Positions 51,181 through 62,716 of a DNA stretch of 64,000 nucleotides are shown piece after piece (positions within the stretch are counted from its first letter, which is position 1; each line of letters begins with the position of its first letter). Both the position numbers and the translations under genes were made by a program. The notes beneath the pieces are model-generated. The model ran no database searches. It had not been told where the DNA came from and saw only the letters and a program-made list of their open reading frames with translations. Origin of the DNA: Azolla caroliniana (Eukaryota > Plantae > Polypodiophyta); contig JBHGNT010000002.1 in the NCBI GenBank assembly GCA_043228905.1, positions 9,052,001 to 9,116,000 on the forward strand, written 5' to 3'.

Positions 51181-52970
51181 TGTTGTCCGCCGGAAGCGGA
51201 CTAGTGGAAAAAAAGTAAAGACAAGAAGCAAAAGCATATTATTATAGTAGGAGCGCATGTAACATATCACGCAAGTGTAACCGACTATGCCATGTGTATA
51301 TAAAGGGCATAGAACATTGTACAAGCTAGCGCAGTTTTGAGCATAGTCATTTAATACAATTTCTGTCTTCTCTGATATCGGTTTTAAGAGTTTTCCGTGT
51401 CGCTATTTCTGTGTCAATACCCTGAACGTCATTGTTTAAGGTGAATAAGTGTTGTTGTGCATTTACGCACGGTAGGAGCTCCGTTGTAGCCGTCTCCAAG
51501 TTCACGTCTTACCTCACAAATAGTTAGTACGCTTTGTCATTAGACTACAATGTAGTTACGCAGAGTATGAGTGGCCATTCCCTGTACCACGATCTCCTTG
51601 AGCCTACCCCGAAGGACTGAGGGTAGGCCATGTTCCTAACTAGTAACACTTTTGGCATGCTTGGTGGTCTAGGAATCTTCGCAGCCGAGTAACAAGGAAT
51701 GGATGTCTAACCGTCGACGAAACAAAGAACCGACTCGACCGGATCGACCACAGACAAGGTCCTTCATTCGGAGGAGAAAAACAAGGTTTTACGGGAGGCG
51801 CACTGTGGTACAACAGGCGGCGATTATGTGAGGGACGTCACAGCCCGGAAAGTAGGGCAAGCAGGTCTTTGGTGGCCGACTATGCAAAAGAATGCATATA
51901 GATACTGTAAGGAGTGCGACCTCTGCCAACGTATGGACCAAACGACTGAGCTTGCACGAATGCCTCATCAGGCAGTGCTTCCGCTTGACCCTTTCCAGAA
52001 ATGGGGCCTCGATTTTGTCAGCCCCTTTACCCTGGCAACGGCCCGTACAGGTAACAAATATATCCAAGTCGCTACGGATTATTTCACGAAATGGGTGGAG
52101 GCAAAAGCCTTACGAGATAACATCGCAGTTTCTACAGTGAAATTCTTATACGAACAGATTTGGTGCCATTTTGGCTATTCGATAGAGTTCATCAACAATC
52201 AAGGAAGCCATTTCTTGAATACGGCTATTCACGATCTCACGAAACATTACGCCATAGTCCAAAAGAAAAGTACACTATACTATCCCGAGACAAATGGTTT
52301 AGCGAAATCAACGAACAAAACACTCCAGAATATCCTGAAAAAGATCATCAATAATAACTAACCAAACTGGGACACGAAGCTGCATAACGCCTTATGGGCT
52401 TACCGTACGAGCTATAAAATAAGCGTAAAATAGACTCCTTTCCGACTAGCATTCGGGCTGGAAGCCGTAATGCCTATTGAATTTCAGGTACCCAACTTAC
52501 GCATACAAGTCCGTGAGCGACTGTTAGAGGGCCGGTCCGAACAAATCCGCTTACAACAATTACTCGACTTAGGGGAAGCTAGGGTTCACAACATGGCAGT
52601 CCTCGAACACGAGCAGCGACGACAGAAGCCTTTCGTGGACCAACACCGCAGCACCAAGGAAAAGCACTTTAAAATTGAGAAAGCGATCTTGGTGTTCCAA
52701 ACCCGCATGGGACAAATGCCAGGGAAACTACGTTTCCGCTAGACAAGACCGTATTGGATAATAGGGGCGGAAAACGGATCATTCGAATTAGGCACTCTCA
52801 TAGGTGAAGCATTATGGCAAAAAGTGAACGGGTTCCACCTAAAGCCATATTTGGTTCCTACACTACCAAACCCGTTTCGCGCTGTGAAAGTTACTACATT
52901 CGTGGGTTCACGGACCAACCAATAGATGGGACCCACATGTAAATATGTAACAATAATATTGTACTTTACC

Positions 52971-53011
<41 letters not shown>

Positions 53012-53960
53012 GGACAATCACGATTATTAAAAGGACTTCATGCATACACGCTTTCGAAAAAAGAGAACACACGTTGGCACAATGATGCGCAGGCCTAGGA
53101 ACCCTAACTCACAAAAAGAAGACACCAGACAGTTTTCTGCACATCACAAAAAACAGTCTCAAGCCTTCTGCTCTTCCCACTCTCCTCGCTTTCCTCATGC
53201 CTTTCGCTCGCCACCTTACCCGAGACACCACGATCGGATCAGCCTACGATGCTTACCTCCTAGTCACTCTCCTCACACACCTTGCGAGGACAACATGTCG
53301 ATCCTCATCTCCTTAGCTCTACGGTGATGGGTCATCGAGTAAGGCTTTGAAGGCTACATACGGGTAGCAGAAGCCCCACCACACCCCGAGGCAGAAGAGG
53401 TCACCAAGAAACTCAACGTCGACACGATCACGAATGCCACCATCAGAAAGAAGTTGGGTTTATCTGGGATGGGCGAATGACACTTTGAAATTCCCCCTTG
53501 CAGAAGCCCTCGAACAGTATTTCGGAGAATACTCAATCTCCGAGAAGACCTACAAAACACGGGATATCCCGAACCCATTTTTTCGGGAAGTGGCGAAGTT
53601 TTTGCTAGAAGTAGGTTGCGTACACATCAACACCTATGGGATGCCAAAGTAGAAAGCCAACATCGTCATCGACACATTCGAGGGACGCGACGTGGACTGG
53701 GGAGTTATTATGAGGCCAGGATTGAGGGAGGGCTTGCAAACGTTTCAAGACGAAAAGAAGCTTCATCCAATCATCCAACAGTACTTGACAGTACTATTCC
53801 CTCCCCGTGGCCTCCCTGCCCCAGAAACAAGCCGCCAAACGCCTAGGCCAAGGTCAGCAAAACGACTATTAGCTGACCTCGCAACGACGGAATGGGAGGA
53901 AGAAGGAAATCCCCACGCCGACGCAGTTGGACAACTGCGCACGCACGGCGCAACAATAGA
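51181..53960 (+). mobile_element. Tat-like Ty3/gypsy M: 5' LTR 51181-51647, decayed tRNA-Arg PBS, deletion to integrase (51765-52925), start of extra ORF (53200-53960)
   Basis: TG...TAACA, then TGGCATGCTTGGTGG; IN motifs [18 protein letters not shown]; extra ORF aligns with that of H. Confidence 0.82.
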
Positions 53961-55336
53961 GCGTCCTTGAAAGTCACCCATGAATCATGAGCTTCTCGAA
54001 GCTCTTTTACATCTTTGTAGATCGGTTCAGCCACCACCCGATAAAAGTACTCCAGCCTCATAGCTTCGTTCACATCTCTCGAATCCATCTCGGAATTGTA
54101 GACTTTTAGAATATATTGGACATTTGCACTATTGAAATAGCCGACTCGCTCGACCACACTCTCGACGGCTTGTTAGGCCATATCTCGTCTTTTCCCTTCT
54201 CTTGAAAATTCCATTATCATCTTAACATTGCCTCCATGAGATATTCCTTGTCCATCTTCATCCTCCCCTACCACTCTTCACGTTGGGTTCACCACTTAAT
54301 TATGTCGTGAAGATCTGTTACTATGTCTGGATCGTGAGGCGGAACCAGCAAGGTTCTGGACCGGAAGGATTCGAAGTTTGCACTAACTTTAGCGAGAAAG
54401 TATTTAAGAGAGATTGAGAGAGATTGAGATGACGAAAGAGAGATATTGAGATAAAGATTGAACTTTTAACTTTTAGATTTAATAGATAAGATACATCAAC
54501 AATAGGATTAAAAGTTTCTTATTTTTCCCAAATTTTTCATTAGCCCCATTTGCTTGATTCCTCCACTCTTTTATAGATGCCCCCATGCATATGGTGCATG
54601 TGAGGGTGCAAGACATGCACGTAATGCATGAAATGCATGCTTGCCATGTCATCATCTAAGCTCTCATGTATGAGAATTTACATGTAAAAGTATAATGATA
54701 AAAATATACCTTCTAAGGAAATGACTTGGCTAGCCGGCACGCCGTCCGCCTCGCTGGCTCCGTCCAGTTGGCCAAAACCTTTACAAGTAGTTTAGGGGTC
54801 ACCCTCTCGCCGCCTCGTCGGCTCCATCTGGTCGCCGTCCAGTTTTGGTTGGCCAAAACCTTTACAAGTAGTTTAGGGGTCGCCGCCTCGCCAGCTCCGT
54901 CCGGTCGTCGTCTGGTTCCGGTTGGTCAAAACCATTACAAGTAGCTAGGCCACACCCATTAATCCGGTTAGATTAGCTCAAGTCACCTTGAACATTCTAT
55001 GATCCACTCATATACACAAAGAAATAGATTTTGGTCCTACTTATATACTTTGGGATCCTTATTTGTCCTGTCTATGTGGGATATCTCGTAGTTTTGTTTT
55101 TTCTCTTCTTCTTCGCAAACTTCATACCCACATAACTTGCCACTTAGTTGTTTGTTTCTTATGTGGTAAAGTGTATTCGAAAGCTATTGAAGACCTCCAT
55201 CTTTTTATATGAAGATATTAAACTAGTATAAAATAGTATCTTCACTATTATATGTTTTATGTTATGTGTGAAGAACCACACTCGATTTTGTACATTCCTC
55301 AGAATTTTCACACCATTGCCGAAAATCTTCACGATA
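53960..55336 (-). mobile_element. Truncated Trp-primed element N (C-type gag start 53960-54258, PBS 54277-54294, 5' LTR 54303-55336)
   Basis: RVGYFNSANV...AMRLEYFYRVVAEPI nearly matches C gag; reverse PBS TCACGTTGGGTTCACCA. Confidence 0.88.
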
Positions 55337-56984
55337 GCGGAGACAGGCTTCCAAGAGGACACCAGACGGAACAATCTGGTAGAAGAGAAAATTGGTGTCA
55401 TGGAAGCCCCGTGCCAAAAATACAAGGTTCTCATAGAAGATAAGCGGGCCAGAAAGGCCGGAGGGGCGGTCCCTCGAACCGGTATGAGACTCGCAGTGGA
55501 CCGAAGAAGAATGATTGAGGCCGAACCAGCTCACAGGAGAAGACATAGTTGTCGAACTATTGATTATGCTCGAAGATAGACAGAGCGATGGACTTGCGAA
55601 AGGTCTTGGAAGAACGAATGCTCAATAGCCGTGTGGAACTCACCCTAAGGGCGGTGCTTGGAAAGGTGGCCCACATCAAAGAAGCGGCAATGAAAGTAAA
55701 GGCGGCATTGGGCGAGAGCGACAATGGAGACCCCGGTTCGGATGGGGGATGTGAAGGAGTCGGTGTCGTGAAGATCTGTCACTACATGTGGATCGTGAGG
55801 TGGAACCGCCGGGGTTCTGGACGGGAAGGATTTGAAGTTTGCACTAGCTTTAGTGAGAAAGTATTTAAGATAGATTGAAAGAGAGAGATTGAGATAAGAT
55901 AGAACGCTTGACTTTAGATTTGAGAGACAAGATTAATACATCACAAAAATGGATAACGAATTTTCTTTCTCTTAATTTCTTGATTAATACATAGCCCGTT
56001 TTTCCTCTCCATCCACTCTTTTATAGATGCCCCCATGCATATGATGCCTGTGAGGGTGCAAGACATGCATGAGATGCCTGTTTGCCATTTGGCGCTCATG
56101 TATTACATGTGTTACATGATAACCATGTCACTCATTCAAGCTCTCATGTATGAGAAATTTACATGTGAAAGTATAATGATATTAAAAACATTTCTAAAGA
56201 CATGACTTGGCTTAGTGGTAAGTTCATTGCCTCCTACCTTGGAGGTGCAAGGTTTAAGCCTTGCTCACATCCCTTTTAAAACACAAAATACTACTAGGCT
56301 TTTGGTCTTGTATTTACACCGAAAATCTTCAAAACACCATGCATCGCGATCAACCGACCGATCCGTCTGTCCTGACCGGTTCAGTCCGATCCCGATCCGA
56401 TCTTGTCCATCGACATTTCGCCGGCTCCGTCCGGTCGTCGTTCCGTGGCCATCCATCCAGGTCCGGCTCTGTCCAAAAGACTATTTGAATAACTTGGTTG
56501 CATCCATTCATCCAAGTTATACGACCCAACCCTTTTGTGCTCCTTACACATAGATGAAATATAAGAGATATGGCTCTAGTTATATACTCTTAAATTCTAA
56601 TGTTGTCCTATCTATGTCGGATATCTCACAATTTTGTTTTTCTCTTCTTCTTCTCAAACTTTACATTCACATAACTTGACATTTAGTTGTTCGTTTCAAA
56701 TTTAGTAAAGTACATTTGGAAGCTCTTGAGGACCTCCATCTTTTTATACCAAGAAATTAAACTAGTATATAATAGTATCTTCACTATTATTGTTTTATGT
56801 TGTGTGTGAAGAACCACACTTGATTTTGTACATTCCATTCAATTTTCACATCATTGGCGAAAATCTTTAGGACACCGGTAGTAGCGTTGATTGACCATGG
56901 ATCAAAAATCAACCCGAGGTCCATGAACTTCTATAAGAAAGGAAAGTGGCCGATTAATACCAAACATGGCTGGAAGATACGCGT
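55337..56984 (+). pseudogene. gag: D-family gag-protease remnant interrupted by a solo LTR
   Basis: DLRKVLEERMLNSRVEL; GDVKE|PVVALIDHGSKIN...GKWPINTKHGWKIR. Confidence 0.85.
55764..56874 (-). repeat. Solo LTR of the Trp lineage (N-like) with tRNA-like module 56208-56265
   Basis: TGTCG...GACA termini; TSD TCGG/CCGG; host frame restored on removal. Confidence 0.9.
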
Positions 56985-59900
56985 TGTCAAGGAAATCCTC
57001 GCGGATGCGTGTAGAATAAGGCGGGACCACGGGGGTCTTGGACTAGGGAGTAGATGGGAAGATAGGTATGGGCAAAGTGGAAGAGGTTAACACGGTGGAG
57101 AAAGTAGAAAGAGACAAGATTTATGAAGTTATGTATATTATGGGCATGAAAGCCGCAATGCGATTACAACCGCGACCGCGTGGGCCGGACTCAAAACATA
57201 AGTAGAATGTAAACCCTAATCGGATAAGCAAAGAAAGAAATGAAGAAACCCTAAACCGAATAGAAACCCTCGACCTAAGTGGTATACCTCTTCTCACTCA
57301 AAATAGGCAACCCCTTCAATGGTGTCCCTTCCTCTCCTTTTATAGCTTAAGGAGAGAAAGTCGTTACAAAAGGGAGAGACTAAATATCCCCTTCATTCAA
57401 TGGGAGATATATGCTTAGATTCTTGGGGCCTTAACTCCCACTCCTCACACATACTACTATGCGCCTTACTCACCTCATATTCCTATGTACCCCTCTCTTT
57501 CTCATGTGGATGTGCACATAAGTGCACATCACATTTAGATTTTAGGAATCTTGTGGTGCATTTCTTATAACTTACATTTGTTCTTATTAATATCTTACAA
57601 ATACATAATTTGCATGTGCAATGTTGCACACCCCGGTTTTGCTCACTCCGCTCAGTTTTCCCCCTATGGACAAAAATCTTCACGACATCCGCCCCCACCA
57701 AACCGCACATCCACCGATATGTGCCAAGAAGGGAAAAGAAGTGAGATTTTCGGCCATGGTGATCAACCGAGTCCTTAATGTCCTCGCCAGCTTTGCCCGA
57801 CTTCGTCTTCCACTTCGAGCAAGCCCATCCTTCCCACATGGACCACCGTAGCCTCCCAGTCCGCCATACCCGCCGTATGCTCTCGAACCATCGGCTCCAT
57901 CCGATCCACCATACTCGACGGAGTTCGTCGAACCACCGTCTCCGCCCGATCCGCCAGAGCTGGTCTTCGCATACCTCTCTTTGGCTTCCTTCATTTTCCA
58001 CACTCGACCTTCATTCGAATCCTCGTGTGCTCTTCTTCACTATTTGCCAGATATCGCACCGTGTGCTCTTCGTCCACGCTTGTCTTGCCTCGGCCGCTTC
58101 CTCGACTCGGCACTGTCACGCGCCGAACTTCATCGTCGATCATCCTTGTGCTCGTCGCTCGGCCCATACGCGGCCACATCGCACGTCTCGCACTCCGCTC
58201 CGCTCCGCATACCCTTTCGAAAAGGTACGTTGCTTCCCCGACATCCGTGTCGGTGCTCTCGTCTTCGGTGTCCTCCGCAACCTCCGATGTTGCCGCTTCG
58301 CCCTGAGGTACACCCTCTTGGTCCGCATGGCCCGCTCAGCCGGACACATCCTTCGGGATGCCCCATTTGCTCCTCACGGTGCGTGACCCTCCATTCTCCA
58401 CGCACCTCCTCCGTTTCCCTAGACACAATCCTTCGTTCATGCTGATCTCGCTCGTCTCGTCGTGTCGTCCTTCATTCCACGCTTGCCTCTCGAAGGCTTC
58501 ATCCGACCATCATCATCGGTCACTCGTTGCGGCTCCTCCGAATGCACGCTTGTCCCTTGGCCCTCGAGCGATAGTATTGCGTGTGTCGTATTCCGTCCTT
58601 CACTCGTCGTAGACCCGATCTCCGCGTCGGCCTTCAACTCCTCGCCACCACCCACCGTCTCTTTCGTCTTACATCGATCCACAACCACCAAAGTCTCAAG
58701 GATAGGTGTGGAGGGTCCCTCTCGCTCTTGGTCTCCCACCGATTCGTACTCCTCGTGCACGCTTGGCCTCTTCGTGTTCACCGCCACCCATCGGGTGTTG
58801 TGGTACGCTCGCCAAGATCTCCAATTGGGCCGGCTTAGCCCTTTTTGGGACCAGTCTTGGTTGTTTGGTTTTTGGCTCAGTCGGCCTTCTTCCGCATTCG
58901 CATTCAGTCGTGTCGGGCTCAGCCGAACAATTCCGGGGGAGTCCACTACCTTTCGGTTCGGGCCCAGTTGATCGGCCCCCGCTCTCTTCTTCTTTCGTTT
59001 GGGTCTAATCACCAACCGGGTCATATTCCGGTTTGACCGGTTCTCGGCTCTTGTTTCCTCACCACATTCCGCCTCTTCATCGAAGTCAACCGTGGCTCCG
59101 TCTTTGGCCTTCTCGTCGGCCACATCCTTCCCTCCGTGGATGCTCGTCTTGAGCCGTTTCTCCTCGCAGCCACCGCCCATCTCTCCGGTCTTATGTCCGC
59201 GCTCGGGTCTCGGTGTCGAGGGGTCTCTCCTCCGTCCGCTAGGACCTTCCTCGCCGTCGTTTCAGTCACCCGCTTTGCCGCCGCCACCTTCCATCTCTCT
59301 GGTCTCACGTGGGCTCTCAAGACCAACCACCGAAGTCTCTAGAATAGGTGTGGGAAAAGTCCTAATACCATCACTCGCCGATGTCATGTTCATAGCCACC
59401 TTCGTTCGGACATCATGGTCTGTGGCTATCTCTTCCTCGATTCCACAAGCCACGATTATGCTTGCTACCTCCTCGTAGAATGTTTCAAGCAATCGTGTCC
59501 CGAAACTTATGCCCACTCTCGAAGTGGTGTTCATTGCTCCATAGTTCCCGGCCTTATCCGTGGTCGTCCTTTTCCCACAAGACGAAAGGGTGGCTCGTTC
59601 CGCACCCTCTCCCATGTCACCAATGTACACTCTTTCGGCCTCTGCATAGGCCTCGTCCTTCGTGTGTAGGGAGGCGTCTACCTCCACATCCTTCGATTGT
59701 CTCCAACCCGTCTCCATAGTAGACCCTTCTTTGGCTTCGATTTGTGCCTTCACGATCTCGTACGCTTCCTGTACCAAGGCTTCGATGTCGAGCTCCACCG
59801 AACCATTCCGCAGTGAGCTTTCCTCTGTCGGCGGTGACTCATAGTCACTTACCATCCTCCTTTCGCTGCCACTTGCGGGCCGTGTTGCGGACGACCACAT

Positions 59901-60996
59901 CTCCTCATGTCGTCGGCATAGCCTCTCTACCTCATTCCAATCCTCGGTGAGGCCGTACGCCCCTTCATCGTCTTCGAGTTCGGATAAAATGGCCATTCTC
60001 CCCTTTTCATCGACCGACTTAAAAAATAGTAGGACCTTGTCCGCCCCCACCGATCTTCGATCCCAGTCCAAGAGTTGAGCAAAACGATGCTCGAACCCTC
60101 GGAATGCTTTCATTGTGCTTCGAGGAGCCTTCGCCGATGCTACCCATAGACCGAACTTGCGTCTATCATACTCGTATGCCTCATCCCATCTTTCTCTTTG
60201 CCTTGCAAAATCCCTCACCATCCTTGCCATTACTTCCGTGATGTCTTCATCTTCCATCCTCTTTCTCCCTTGCCACCCTTTCACGTTGGGTTCACGAAAG
60301 ATGTCGAGGAAATCCTCGCGGATGCGTGTAGAATAAGGCGGGACCACGGGGGTCTTGGACTAGGGAGTAGATGGGAAGACGGGTATGGGCAAAGTGGAAG
60401 AGATTAACACGATAGAGAAAGTAGAAAGAGACAAGATTTATGAAGTTATGCATATTATGGGCATGAAAGCCGCAATGCGATTACAACTGCGGCCGCATGG
60501 GCTGAACTCAAAACATAAGTAGAATGTAAACCCTAATTGGATAAGCAAAGAAAGAAATGAAGAAACCCTAAACCGAATAGAAACCCTCGACCTAAGTGGT
60601 ATACCTCTTCTCACTCAAAATAGGCAACCCCTTCAATGGTGACCCTTCCTCTCCTTTTATAGCCTAAGGAGAGAAAGTCGTTACAAAAGGGAGAGACTAA
60701 ATATCCCCTTCATTCAATGGGGGATATTTGGTTAGATTCTTGGGGCCTTAACTCCCACTCCTCACACATACTACTATGCCCCTTACTCACCTCGTATTCC
60801 TATGTACCCCTCTCTTTCTCATGTGGATGTGCACATAAGTGCACATCTCATTTAGATTTTAGGAATCTTGTGGTGCATTTCTTATAACTTACATTTGTTC
60901 TTATTAATAGCTTACAAATACATCATGTGTGTGTGCAACGTTGCACACCCCGGTTTTGCTCACTCCGCTCAGTTTTCCCCCTATGGACAAAAATCT
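56985..60996 (-). mobile_element. Non-autonomous Trp-primed Gag-acidic-repeat element G
   Basis: LTRs 56985-57687 and 60302-~60996 (last 7 bp lost); PBS 60281-60297; PPT 57688-57699; ORFs 59262-60257 and 58437-59180 with TPILETS repeats. Confidence 0.93.
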
Positions 60997-61239
60997 TTTT
61001 TTCCTCCATCTTTTTCTCGACTTTTGTCTACTTTTGAAAACCGCCTTTAACTTAATATTCATCATTATTTATTGTAAGGTTCAATCCTTCGACCATTTAT
61101 TTATAAGGAATTATCTTTGGAAAATGAAAAAGTATTTTTTCTACCAATAAAGTTGACTTCACAATACTAGTTTATTTGAACTACTATTTTACTTCTTTTC
61201 AAGGGTGGTTTCACACTATGTGTTAGAAACATCACGACA
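60997..61239 (-). repeat. 5' end of another Trp-lineage LTR
   Basis: Ends TCACGACA at the junction with the pol remnant; flank ACGA. Confidence 0.6.
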
Positions 61240-62490
61240 ACGAGCTATGGGGTATCGTTTTGACGGTCAAGACTGACAATGATTATCTGATGTCTAGAAA
61301 AGACAACACCATGGCTGACATGCTATCGAGGGCACGGTACAATGACGAAAACGATATGATATCAGAGGACGAAGAAGTCAACGTGGACTTCTTTGTGTTG
61401 GCTCGAATGTCGGTGAACAAATGGAGCACTTCGACCCTAAACGAGTTCAACGAGAACAACTACGACGGGAAGTGGCTCCAAATCGGTAAGTGGATCCGGA
61501 CACAACATGGATGAAGGATGAGGCAAGGCGGATCCGGAAGAAGGCTTACTGATTCTTCCTACGAGACCGGAAAATCTAGCGGCACCCGAAGAAGTGGACC
61601 GACACTCTTCTCCGGATGGTGACAAAGGAGGAGGAATAGTCAATGATGATGTCGGAGGTCCACGAGGGTCCCTAGTCCGGACACCGGGGAACACGGGCCA
61701 CGTTCGAGAAGCTTAAGGGGAAGTACTGGTGGCTGGGAATGTATTGTGACGTCCACCACTTCATGATAACATGCAAGAGTTGTCAGATACATTCCGAAAT
61801 CTGGAACTACGACAAGCTACACCCGACCTACCCGTCAACCATTCACTTCAAGTCGATGGTCAATTTAGTGACAATGCCGATGGGGGTAGGGCAAATGCGG
61901 TACCTGGTACTTGCGCGAGAGGATCTAACGAACCAGGTGGAGGGTTGAGCTTTGATGAACAAGACGACCGCAATGTGTGGCGATTTCTGATCAAGGACGT
62001 GATTTGCCGGTACAAGTGTGTCGGGAAGATCGTGGCCGACCGAGGGGAGCTGGATGCACAAGAAGCTGAGGAGCTTTTCAACCGAGTAGAGGTCAAGCTT
62101 TCCCTCACAATAGCATACAATTTGGAAGCGAACGGGAAGGTCGAACGAGGGCACGGGTAGATTGTCAAAGCAATAGTGTGGGCATGTGATGGATGAGTCG
62201 GAAACTTGCCGAGACTTCTTCCATATGCGTTGTGGGCCAACCGGACTACACACATTTTGTTGACCGGGTACATGCCAGCCGAGCTCATGTTCGGCCAAAA
62301 GCCGATCATGCCAATGGAGCGGATGATAGCCTCGTGGGTGTCGGTCAAGTGGGCGGAGGAGATGAGCCGGGAAGAATTTCTAATTGTATAGATTCGACAA
62401 CTCGATGGAGGCCAGTGGATGTGGAATGAGCGACAATGAGAATAGAAGACGAGAGGAAGAAGAACAAGGGGTGTTTTCACCAGACGCAAA
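61240..62490 (+). pseudogene. pol: D-family RNase H-integrase remnant
   Basis: MPMGVGQMRYLVLAREDLTNQVEG, VGKIVADRGELD, ANGKVERGHG. Confidence 0.92.
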
Positions 62491-62513
62491 GATTTCTTTA
62501 AGTATAACCATGT

Positions 62514-62716
62514 TGTTGAGTGAGCAAGATCAACCAGATTCGGATCGGCTGAATACGCCAGAGCCAGATCGGTATCTGGATAGTATTCGGGAACAACCGG
62601 CCAGATCAGGGAGATGGATCGGGGAGACAAATCGGAGAGCCGGATTCGAGTGTGAACCGGAAGCCTAGTAGTAGCCTAGACTACTAGGTAATCATTGTCT
62701 CGTAGTTAGTGTCAGT
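62514..62716 (+). repeat. Partial J/K-family copia LTR
   Basis: TGTTGAGTGAGCAAG...; reverse complement matches 33160-33342. Confidence 0.85.

Noticed and set aside
57483-59478. Long plus-strand ORFs (e.g. 57778-58386, 58462-58971) and similar Ser-rich ORFs at 4555-5392 and 27847-28308
   Set aside because: They are antisense shadows of purine-rich acidic-repeat coding strands and have no recognisable motifs.
56985-61239. Single element G extending to 61239
   Set aside because: Flanks GCGT and ACGA do not form a TSD and 60997-61239 is absent from the other LTR, so a deletion joining two elements is more likely.
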